Positions 24,645 to 32,000 of a stretch of DNA of 32,000 nt are shown here, one piece after another. The position numbers and the translations under genes were made by a program. Source of the DNA: an uncultured Alphaproteobacteria bacterium (lineage in GTDB: Bacteria; Pseudomonadota; Alphaproteobacteria; CAVTAV01); NCBI GenBank assembly GCA_963822835.1, contig CAWGIZ010000001.1, positions 1 to 32,000 on the forward strand, given 5' to 3'. Below the pieces are notes generated by a model that did not search any database, was not told where the DNA came from, and worked only from the letters and a program-made list of their open reading frames with translations. Position 1 is the stretch's first letter, and each line of letters starts with the position of its first letter.

Positions 24645-26201
24645 GTGAAACTAGTGCTGCCGCCGCGCATGTCGGCGTCCCAGTTCGACGCGGCCTTGAA
24701 GGCCATGGCGAAGATCGTGGGCGAAGAATGGGTCCTCAACAGCGACGAGGACCGCTACACCTATCTGGATGCCTTCGCGCTGGATGACGGTTCGTCGCAC
24801 GCTCCGTCGGCCATCGTCGCGCCGGACAGCGTCGAGCAGATCCAGGCCGTGGTGAAGACCGCCAACGAATACAAGCTGCCCATCTGGCCCATCGCACGCG
24901 GTAAGAATTACGGCTATGGCGGCGCGGCCCCTGAGATGCCCGGCACGGTCGTTCTCGATCTCTCGCGCATGAACCGCGTGTTGGAGGTCAATGAAAAGAA
25001 CGGCTATTGCCTGATCGAGCCCGGCGTCGGCTTTTTCGATCTCTACGACTACCTCACCGCGCACAAGATCAATCTCTGGATGTCGGTGCCCGGAAACTCG
25101 CTCGGCAGCGTCGCCGGCAATGCCCTGGAGCGCGGCGTCGGACCGCAGCCCTACGGCCTTCATACGGCGCATATCTGCGGCCTCGAGGTCGTGCTGCCGA
25201 CGGGCGAACTGGTGCGCACCGGCACCGGCGCGATGGCGAACAGCCAGACATGGAACCTGTCGCCGTACAATTACGGCCCTACCTGGGACCAGATGTTCTG
25301 CCAGTCCAATTTCGGCATCGTCACCAAGATGGGGTTCTGGCTGATGCCGGCCCCCGAGGCGACGATGAGCCTGCATGTGTCGCTGCCCCGGGAAGAGGAT
25401 CTGGGATGGGTGGTCGAGCGCCTGCATCCGCTTCGCCTGCGCGGTGTCCTCGGTCAGGACGTCGGTTTCAGGAACTATATCGCCATCGCCGCCGGCCGTT
25501 CGCAGCGCGAAGAATGGTACCAGGGCACCGGCCCCATGCCGGCGGATGCCGCCGCCGCCATGCGCAAGAAGCTCGGCATCGGCTGGTGGACGTTCGATAT
25601 CACGCTCTATGGCTACGAAGAGGTGATGGCGGCCAATGCCAAGATCATTTCGGCCGCGATCGAGGACGGTCTCGATACGAAGCCGGTCTGGACCACGTGG
25701 CGTCAGGGCGATCCTATCGAGCGATCGGGCGCCGGCATCCCCCATACGCGCAGCCTGCAACGCCTGAACTGGATGGGCGGACGCGGGGCGCATCTGGGCT
25801 TTTCCCCGACGCTGCCGCCGGATGGCGACAAGGTGCAGGCTCAATACCAACGCGCCAAGAAGCGGTTCGAGGAATACGGCATCGACTATTACGGCTCCTT
25901 CACGTTGAGCCACCGGTCGGTCACCAACGTCAATATGATCCTGTTCAACCGGGACGACCACGTGGTGACCGAGAATATCGACAAACTGTTCCATGTGCTG
26001 GTCGCGGATGCCGCCGCTCAAGGGTATGGTGAGTACCGGACCCATCTGAGCTATATGGACGAGGTCGCAAAGACCTTCAATTTCAATGACAACGCGCTTT
26101 GGCGGCTGAACGAGCGGATCAAGGACACGCTGGATCCGGCCGGTATTCTGGCGCCCGGCAAACAAGGCATATGGCCGGCGGCCTACAGGAGGGGACGGTG
26201 A
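24645..26201 (+). CDS. pchF: VAO/PCMH-family FAD flavoprotein, 4-cresol dehydrogenase (p-cresol methylhydroxylase) flavoprotein subunit-like
   Basis: GTG start preceded by GGAGAGGAGGGG. It aligns from memory along its length with Pseudomonas putida PchF (e.g. HAPSAIVAPDSVEQIQAVVKTANEYKLPIWPIARGKNYGYGGAAP; GYGPTWDQMFCQSNFGIVTKMGFWLMP; DPAGILAPGKQGI). Length is 518 aa. Confidence 0.8.
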   Translation: MKLVLPPRMSASQFDAALKAMAKIVGEEWVLNSDEDRYTYLDAFALDDGSSHAPSAIVAPDSVEQIQAVVKTANEYKLPIWPIARGKNYGYGGAAPEMPGTVVLDLSRMNRVLEVNEKNGYCLIEPGVGFFDLYDYLTAHKINLWMSVPGNSLGSVAGNALERGVGPQPYGLHTAHICGLEVVLPTGELVRTGTGAMANSQTWNLSPYNYGPTWDQMFCQSNFGIVTKMGFWLMPAPEATMSLHVSLPREEDLGWVVERLHPLRLRGVLGQDVGFRNYIAIAAGRSQREEWYQGTGPMPADAAAAMRKKLGIGWWTFDITLYGYEEVMAANAKIISAAIEDGLDTKPVWTTWRQGDPIERSGAGIPHTRSLQRLNWMGGRGAHLGFSPTLPPDGDKVQAQYQRAKKRFEEYGIDYYGSFTLSHRSVTNVNMILFNRDDHVVTENIDKLFHVLVADAAAQGYGEYRTHLSYMDEVAKTFNFNDNALWRLNERIKDTLDPAGILAPGKQGIWPAAYRRGR

Positions 26202-26524
26202 TGCGCAAATTCCTTGCCGCGGCTCTGCCGCTGCTGGCCGTCGCGACGTTTGCCGTGTCTGTTAACGCGGCCGAACAGCAATCCGCGGGCGCCGCGCTCT
26301 ATCATCATGAATGCGTCCCCTGCCATGCGGCTGGCGCGACCGCCAGCATCATGCTGGCCAAGCGAGTGGGCAAGGACAAGGCTCTCCTCACCCAACGCGA
26401 CGATCTGGACCCAGACTATATCCGGACGGTGGTGCGCAGAGGCATCAACAGCATGATGCCGTTGTCGCGGGTACAGGTGACCGACGACCAGCTCAACGAG
26501 ATCATTCACTTCCTGACGCACTGA
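26201..26524 (+). CDS. pchC: Monohaem cytochrome c subunit of the flavocytochrome (PchC-like)
   Basis: TGATG overlap with the pchF stop. Signal peptide: MRKFLAAALPLLAVATFAVSVNA. A single CVPCH motif with a distal Met candidate (INSMMPL). Confidence 0.7.
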   Translation: MRKFLAAALPLLAVATFAVSVNAAEQQSAGAALYHHECVPCHAAGATASIMLAKRVGKDKALLTQRDDLDPDYIRTVVRRGINSMMPLSRVQVTDDQLNEIIHFLTH

Positions 26525-26631
26525 TCCGGCGCCGAAGCGCTTCTATCCGCTCGGGCTACCTAATGCTTGGCGGTTCGGCGCTTCTGGCGCAAGATGGCTC
26601 AGGGACAAGAGCCATTGGGGGCGGTTGGATC

Positions 26632-28677
26632 ATGAAAACGCGCGATTTTCGTCGTGGCCTCGCGGCCGCGCTTCTACTCGTTTGGGGAATGGTTGCCACG
26701 GACGCGGCGCTGGCGGCCAACAAGGTGACGGCGCTCGATATCGAGATCGTGCCGCCGACCGTCATTTCCGGGGGCGTCGACTGGAAGATCTTCGGGGACG
26801 ATAATCGGAACGCCGTGGCGAAGGTCGAGTACCGGAAAGTGGGATCCGACAAGTGGAAGAAGGGCATGGATCTCTTCCGGCTCCAGCGCGAGGACATGAA
26901 TGCCTATCCCGGCGGAGACGCAACGGAACTGATGCAAGGACGCGGCGGCAAGGGCGCGCTGATGCACCACCCGCTGCTGGTCTACGACGTCCCCAACATG
27001 TTCTCCGGCAGCCTGTTTCATCTTGAGCCGGACACCGAATATGAAGTGCGGGTGACCATGTCCGATCCAGACGGAGTCCAGGGAGCTTCCGTGCAGACCG
27101 CGCGCTTCAGGACCCGGAAGGTTCCCGTGGCGGGAGACGGCGGCGGCAAGGTCTATCACGTTTATCCTTGGGACTATAAGGGTCCCAGGATCGAGCCCTC
27201 CTTCACCGGATTGCTGGCGGCCTATTATATGGAGGCGCGCCATGCCGACTGGTCGATGGTCGGCCCCGTCCGGGTCAAGCCGGGGGATACCATCATCGTG
27301 CATGCCGGCGTCTATAAGGACCATCGCGAGCACTACAACGACGGCGTCGAGGGCAAGACCGAAGCCCGCCTCGCCACCCCCTTCGACGGCACTTACTATC
27401 TCATTGCCGATGGCACCCCGGACAAGCCGATCACGATCAAGGCGGCCGGAGACGGCGAAGTCATCTTCGACGGCGCCGGCAACGCGGTGCTGTTCAATAT
27501 GATGGGCGGCAATTATCACCATTTCGACGGGATCACCGTTCGGAACACGGAAGTCGCCTTCCTCACCGGGCTCAAGGGCATCGCCGGATCGGATGGCTTC
27601 TCGCTGACGAATTCCAAGATCGAGAATATCGGCCGGGGCGTGCAGGGTAATTGGCCGGGCTCAAAGGACTTTTACATCGCGGACAATGTCTTCATCGGCC
27701 GCCACAGCCCGACCTCGCAGTTGGGGTGGACCGACTTCTGGAGCGATGTGCCCGGTTTTCCGGAAAAGATCTCCGGTCCCGGCGGTTCCGAATATGCCGT
27801 CAAGGTTTACGGCCGCGGGCATGTCGTCGCCTATAACGACGTGCGCTACTTCCATGACGGCATCGACGTCGCGACCTATGGCGCGCCCGAAAAGGACGAG
27901 GCGCTGCTTCCGGAATCGATCGACATCTACGGCAATTACATGAACGGCTTCGGGGACAATTGCTTCGAGGCCGATGGCGGCGCCCGCAATATCCGCGTGT
28001 TCGACAATTTCTGCCTCAATGGTGTCGGCGGCGGTTACAGCTCTCAGACGATCTATGGCGGCCCGGCCTATTTCATCCGCAACGTCCTGATCGCCAGCGT
28101 CGGGGGCGGCCCGAAACTGTCGATCACACCCGCCGGCGTGCTCTACATCAACAACACCTTCGTCGGTGAAAATGAGATGTCGGGCAGCGGCTCGAACGTC
28201 CATTTCCTGAACAACCTGCTTGTGAGTCATGGCGGTCAGGGCTCGACGACGGGTTACGCGGTGACGACATACACCAACTACTCGAGCTCGGATTACAACG
28301 GCTTCTATGCCGCGCCCTCGATCAAGAATCCGTTCAATTGGACGTCTCCGCCAAAGGGCGTCGAATCCGATTACGACAACAAGCCGGAAGAGCGGAATTT
28401 CGCCAATCTCCGTGACTATCAGAAGGCGACCGGGCAGGACGTTCACAGCGTCATGTTCGACCCCAAAAGCTTCGTGAGCCTCTCCATGCCCGACGATCCG
28501 GACAAGACGCGCATGTATCCGACGGAGGGCTATGACCTTCGCCTCAAGCGCGGCTCGTCGGCCATCGATCATGGCGAGGTCCTCGACAACATCACGGACG
28601 GCTATTCGGGCAAGGCGCCGGATATCGGCGCCTATGAGTTCGGCCAGGATTTGCCGCATTACGGCCCGCGACATTGA
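26632..28677 (+). CDS. Secreted right-handed parallel beta-helix repeat protein (possible Tat signal)
   Basis: Start at MKTRDFRRGLAAALLLVWGMVATDAALA; the track ORF from 26311 has an implausible basic leader overlapping pchC. Repetitive Gly/Asn-rich turns (NTEVAFLTG, SKIENIGRGVQG, NYMNGFGDNCFEADGGARNIRVFDN, INNTFVGEN, NVHFLNNLLV) are typical of PbH1 repeats. Confidence 0.65.
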   Translation: MKTRDFRRGLAAALLLVWGMVATDAALAANKVTALDIEIVPPTVISGGVDWKIFGDDNRNAVAKVEYRKVGSDKWKKGMDLFRLQREDMNAYPGGDATELMQGRGGKGALMHHPLLVYDVPNMFSGSLFHLEPDTEYEVRVTMSDPDGVQGASVQTARFRTRKVPVAGDGGGKVYHVYPWDYKGPRIEPSFTGLLAAYYMEARHADWSMVGPVRVKPGDTIIVHAGVYKDHREHYNDGVEGKTEARLATPFDGTYYLIADGTPDKPITIKAAGDGEVIFDGAGNAVLFNMMGGNYHHFDGITVRNTEVAFLTGLKGIAGSDGFSLTNSKIENIGRGVQGNWPGSKDFYIADNVFIGRHSPTSQLGWTDFWSDVPGFPEKISGPGGSEYAVKVYGRGHVVAYNDVRYFHDGIDVATYGAPEKDEALLPESIDIYGNYMNGFGDNCFEADGGARNIRVFDNFCLNGVGGGYSSQTIYGGPAYFIRNVLIASVGGGPKLSITPAGVLYINNTFVGENEMSGSGSNVHFLNNLLVSHGGQGSTTGYAVTTYTNYSSSDYNGFYAAPSIKNPFNWTSPPKGVESDYDNKPEERNFANLRDYQKATGQDVHSVMFDPKSFVSLSMPDDPDKTRMYPTEGYDLRLKRGSSAIDHGEVLDNITDGYSGKAPDIGAYEFGQDLPHYGPRH

Positions 28678-28710
28678 CCTGACAGCAAGCCGTCCGACGG
28701 CGGCGGCGCG

Positions 28711-29589
28711 CTAACGGCTCGCGTAAAGGCGGCTTGCCGTTCCCCACAATATTTCGCGCTGGCTGGCTTCCGGCAGCAGCCTTACCGCCGCGACGGCCAT
28801 GGACACCATCTCGGCGTAACTCGGCTTGGATTGTCCGACGTCACTCCCCCACATCACGCGCCCCGGCCCGAAGACGTCCGATATACGGGCCACGAGCGGC
28901 GCCAGTTCCACGGCGGCGGCGGCGGATTTCGTCACATTGATCGTCGAGAACATGATCGACACGTTCGGACAGTCGCCCAACCGCTTTAGCGCATCGTCGA
29001 CCCCATAGTCGGGGCCTTCGGGACTTGCAGCCGCATTCGAAAGATGATCCAGAACAATGGCGGTGCCGGGATATCGCCGCGCCAGCATGGTTGTTTCGGC
29101 CAAGCCCGCCTCGCGATTCCAGCCGTAGAAATGCAGGCGCATGCTTGCGCCAAGGTCGCTCACCATATCCCACACGGCAAGCGCCGGCGGTGAAGCGAGC
29201 CAATCCACCCCTCGATCATCGATCGAGGGCGCCGTCAGGCGAACGCCCACCGCGCCGCCCTCGGCAATCCAGTGACGTGCCGCCGCCGCCCCGTCCTGGG
29301 CGAGCGGATTGACCAGGACAAGGGAGACGAAAGTGTCGGGATGGGTCGCCGCCGCGTCCACGACATATCGGTTATCCGTGCCGTAAACATGCGCGCGCTG
29401 GACCGCGACGGCACGCTCGACCCTGTTCGCCTTCATTTCTCCGAGCAGCCGCTCGGCTGTCATGGGATCATGGAGCACACTTTCGTCAACCACACCGCCA
29501 AGCGGGGCGTAGGGATATTTCCCGGGGTCGTCGGAGATCAAATGCGCGTGGACATCGAACAGACGGGGAATTGTTGCGGGAGCGGTCAC
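28711..29589 (-). CDS. Amidohydrolase_2 family metal-dependent hydrolase (LigI/ACMSD-like)
   Basis: N-terminal metal motif FDVHAHL. Later motifs LDHL and WGSDVG are typical of this TIM-barrel hydrolase family. The GTG start overlaps the upstream stop (GTGA, 29586-29589). Confidence 0.7.
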   Translation of the reverse strand: MTAPATIPRLFDVHAHLISDDPGKYPYAPLGGVVDESVLHDPMTAERLLGEMKANRVERAVAVQRAHVYGTDNRYVVDAAATHPDTFVSLVLVNPLAQDGAAAARHWIAEGGAVGVRLTAPSIDDRGVDWLASPPALAVWDMVSDLGASMRLHFYGWNREAGLAETTMLARRYPGTAIVLDHLSNAAASPEGPDYGVDDALKRLGDCPNVSIMFSTINVTKSAAAAVELAPLVARISDVFGPGRVMWGSDVGQSKPSYAEMVSMAVAAVRLLPEASQREILWGTASRLYASR

Positions 29590-30353
29590 GTCTGCATTGC
29601 CTCACTGATCATAGAGTCCACAAAGTCCCGGGCTCGCCGCGCCACGGTTGGTAGAGAGACGGACTGAGAAACCCTGTTGGCGCCGCGGGTCATCGCTGCC
29701 GCTGCCTTTTCCGCGAAGCCATCCGGCAGGCGGTCGGCAAAGCCATAGGTACACAACGCACCATAGGGAAAGCCGTCCGGCGCGCTGAGCGGCGCGGAAA
29801 GAATTTGCGATCCCTTCACCTCGGCGCCCCGGCTCAGGCAATAGCCTTGCTCGCGCACCGTATCCAGCAGCACTCGCCGGTCCTTGAGCCCGCAGGTCTC
29901 GATCAGAGCAGAGCGTTCCGGCTCCGGCATGGCGGCCACGATCGCCAGAGCGGTCGCGCCACTGCGCAACGAGCGCGGGGTCGCGTAGCGCGATTGCTCG
30001 CGCGCGATCTCATCGGGGTCGCCGTCCGCCGGATACCGTTCGATAACGGCATGGGCCCCGTTCACCAGAAGATGCAGGGTTGCCGGCCAGCCGGACACCG
30101 CCGCTATGCGCTCCAGTTCGGGTATGGCGGCCCGGCGGAGTTCGGCAAGTTCGCGCAGAAAGGGCGGCGCGTTGCGGCCGGTCGCGCGGATACGGACCGG
30201 CCAGAACGGCCAGCGTTCCAGTTCCCCTTCGGCGATGCCCTGCTCGATCAGCGCTTCCGCCTGGGCAAGGGGCAATCCCGAATGACGGCGCAGAACGTCC
30301 GTCTCGGCACCCTGGGGATACGCCTCGAGAATCGCGACTAAGGCTTCATTCAT
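29586..30353 (-). CDS. IclR-like transcriptional regulator (wHTH + effector-binding domain)
   Basis: Start at MNEALVAILEAYPQG (ATG 30353); the longer ORF would overlap the cytochrome gene. It has an N-terminal winged-helix-like segment followed by ~180 aa with an IclR-ED-like pattern (ATLHLLVNGAHAVIERY..., REQGYCLSRGAEVKGSQILSAPL). The family call is tentative. Confidence 0.5.
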   Translation of the reverse strand: MNEALVAILEAYPQGAETDVLRRHSGLPLAQAEALIEQGIAEGELERWPFWPVRIRATGRNAPPFLRELAELRRAAIPELERIAAVSGWPATLHLLVNGAHAVIERYPADGDPDEIAREQSRYATPRSLRSGATALAIVAAMPEPERSALIETCGLKDRRVLLDTVREQGYCLSRGAEVKGSQILSAPLSAPDGFPYGALCTYGFADRLPDGFAEKAAAAMTRGANRVSQSVSLPTVARRARDFVDSMISEAMQT

Positions 30354-30370
30354 GACCGCCGCCGGCAAAC

Positions 30371-31870
30371 CTACCGTCTGCCGGATGGCGGCGAATGCTC
30401 GCCGAGAACGGCGCCATTTACCGTCTTGCCGTACATCCACGTCGCGCCATTATGAAATTTCTCGCGCGTCTCCGCGACCGAGCCGGTGAAGCGCGGGTCC
30501 TGCGGCCGGTCGTGGCTGTCGATGAAGGCGGCGACATCCCAGGCGTCCTGATCGGAGAGGGTCCGGGCCTGACTGAACGGCATATTGGCCTTGATGAACG
30601 CGGCCGCATTCTTGATGTTGCCCATGCCCGCGCCCCAATTGAAGGACTGCACGCCCCACAGTGCGGGAAAGACCTGCTCTCCATCGGCGGACTTCTGCCC
30701 CTCGCCATTCGCGCCGTGACAGAGTGCGCAGCTCTTCGCGTAGACTTTTTCTCCGCGCGCATAGTCGAACGGCATCGCCGGCTTCTTCATATCCGGATAA
30801 CCGCGGCCGGGCATATCGACACCCACGGGCGCTCCCTTCGCGAGGAAGAAGGAATAGGTTTCGAGCGCAAGCAATGTCTCGCTGCCGAGCGGCGGCACGT
30901 CGCCATTCATGCTGTAGCGGAAGCACCCCTGAATGCGCTCCGCATAGGTGTTTACGTGCTTGTTCTTCGAACGGTAGGCGGGATAGCTGCCGAAGGCCGC
31001 CCATAGCGGCGCGGAATCGGCCATCCGGCCACCGTCCAGATGACAGTTCTGGCAGGTCAATGTGTTGCCGACATATTGCGCGGCATAATGCTGTGTGTCC
31101 CGGAAGATGTTTTCGCCGAGGCGCACCATCCGGCCGAAGTCGTTGTCCGGGATCGCACTGTCCGGTGGCGGCGTGAACGTCCCGCCGCTTGCCGGGCGGG
31201 TCTTTGTTTCATTGGTCGTCGCAACGGCCTTGGCGGCAGGCGGCACATCGGGCGCGGCCGCGTAATAGGCCGCAACGGAATCGATTTCGGCCTTGTCGAG
31301 CTTCCGGGCGATCCCGGCCATCAGGCCCATGGGATCATCCTTGCGCGCGCCGCTTCTCCAGGCGTCGAATTGAGCCTTGATATATTCGGCCGATTGTCCC
31401 GCCAGCCGGGGCACGAGCGTGCCGACTCCGCTGCCGTCGGCGCCGTGACATTGGCCGCAGCCCGGCAAGCCTCTGGACCAGTCTCCATCTTTGGCAAGCG
31501 TGGCCCCGGCGGCAATCTGCGACGCCTCTCCCGGCGTGCCGGCGGCTTTTGGAATGGGAAGTCCGGCATAATAACCCGCCACCGCCTTCCGGTCGGCTTC
31601 GCTCAATCCGCTGGCAACGGGTTGCATCGTATCGTTCTTGCGGCTGCCGTCGGCGAAGCTCGCGAGCTGGCGGAGAATATAGCCGGCATCGAGGCCCGCC
31701 AGTCTTGCGCTCACAAGGTCTGCCTGCCCCTCGCCCTTCATCCCGTGGCAGGACGAGCAGGCCGGCACGTCGCCCGCGCCCTGCATGGCGATGTCCTGGC
31801 CCGTGACCGCACAGGCGGGCCGCGCGGCAACGATGCCGAGCGCCAATGCAACGAGCGCGAACTGCTTCAT
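30371..31870 (-). CDS. tsdBA: Tetrahaem cytochrome c, TsdB-TsdA fusion-like (thiosulfate dehydrogenase/tetrathionate reductase family)
   Basis: Start at MKQFALVALALGIVAARPACA, preceded by GGGGGAAAGAG. Four CXXCH motifs: CSSCH, CGQCH, CQNCH, CALCH. The C-terminal half shows TsdA hallmarks, including the Cys-ligand motif ERIQGCFRYSMNG and QSFNWGAGMGNIKNAAAFIKANMP. The N-terminal half is c4/TsdB-like dihaem. Confidence 0.65.
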   Translation of the reverse strand: MKQFALVALALGIVAARPACAVTGQDIAMQGAGDVPACSSCHGMKGEGQADLVSARLAGLDAGYILRQLASFADGSRKNDTMQPVASGLSEADRKAVAGYYAGLPIPKAAGTPGEASQIAAGATLAKDGDWSRGLPGCGQCHGADGSGVGTLVPRLAGQSAEYIKAQFDAWRSGARKDDPMGLMAGIARKLDKAEIDSVAAYYAAAPDVPPAAKAVATTNETKTRPASGGTFTPPPDSAIPDNDFGRMVRLGENIFRDTQHYAAQYVGNTLTCQNCHLDGGRMADSAPLWAAFGSYPAYRSKNKHVNTYAERIQGCFRYSMNGDVPPLGSETLLALETYSFFLAKGAPVGVDMPGRGYPDMKKPAMPFDYARGEKVYAKSCALCHGANGEGQKSADGEQVFPALWGVQSFNWGAGMGNIKNAAAFIKANMPFSQARTLSDQDAWDVAAFIDSHDRPQDPRFTGSVAETREKFHNGATWMYGKTVNGAVLGEHSPPSGRR

Positions 31871-31913
31871 CTCTTTCCCCCCAAAGCCGACCCGGCCGGA
31901 ATTCCGGCCCAAC

Positions 31914-32000
31914 CTATCCCGTATACGCGAAAGCGTAGCCCCGTTCCTGGGCCCGATTGACCGCCGCGATACCGGCCGGAACCAGATGGCTGTTGGGCAC
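31914..32000 (-). CDS. 3' end of an unidentified gene entering from the right edge
   Basis: The open minus-strand frame reads ...VPNSHLVPAGIAAVNRAQERGYAFAYTG*, with TAG at 31916-31914. It is too short to assign. Confidence 0.3.
   Translation of the reverse strand: MPNSHLVPAGIAAVNRAQERGYAFAYTG

Noticed and set aside
24651-26165. 504-aa minus-strand ORF antisense to the pchF-like gene. Similar long shadow ORFs are at 23316..24575, 27661..28674, 26674..27522, 19563..20378, 20504..21388, 21391..22011, 18897..19562, 3739..4830, 25007..26032, 14788..15951 and 16922..17746.
   Set aside because: All overlap genes with clear family signatures on the other strand or frame. They have Arg/Ala/Gly/His-rich composition with no recognisable motifs. 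They are typical stop-codon-poor shadow frames of high-GC DNA.

Overview
High-GC bacterial chromosomal segment; the gene content looks alphaproteobacterial, but the taxon cannot be established from the sequence alone. There are four blocks.

(1) 1-7600. The 5' part of a P4-type tyrosine integrase runs off the left edge. It is followed by a visibly lower-GC, minus-strand cluster: a TIR-TM-SH3b protein, a periplasmic HEAT-like protein, a 2TM-TrkA_N-RyR-SLOG-like membrane protein, and a translationally coupled patatin phospholipase. I read this as a candidate undescribed Thoeris/CBASS-like nucleotide-signalling defence system and the main finding of the window.

(2) 7700-12500. A secreted G8/beta-helix protein, disrupted by a frameshift, and a tannase/feruloyl-esterase family hydrolase.

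(3) 12600-24500. CcmI-like and TlpA-like cytochrome-c maturation paralogues sit divergently from a tightly coupled six-gene operon across a strikingly AT-rich promoter region. The operon encodes a membrane Fe-S flavoprotein, a periplasmic Sel1/ankyrin protein, a polytopic membrane protein, a 21-heme c7-polymer cytochrome, a cytochrome with at least 23 hemes built from nine tandem doubled-CXXCH modules, and an AMIN/TPR/beta-barrel outer-membrane protein. This is a putative, non-Mtr-type trans-envelope electron conduit. Two of its genes carry single-nucleotide frameshifts.

(4) 24600-32000. A p-cresol-methylhydroxylase-like flavocytochrome pair, a secreted beta-helix protein, an amidohydrolase, an IclR-like regulator and a TsdB-TsdA-like fused tetraheme cytochrome.

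No rRNA, convincing tRNA or CRISPR array was seen. Many long antisense ORFs in the track are high-GC shadow ORFs.
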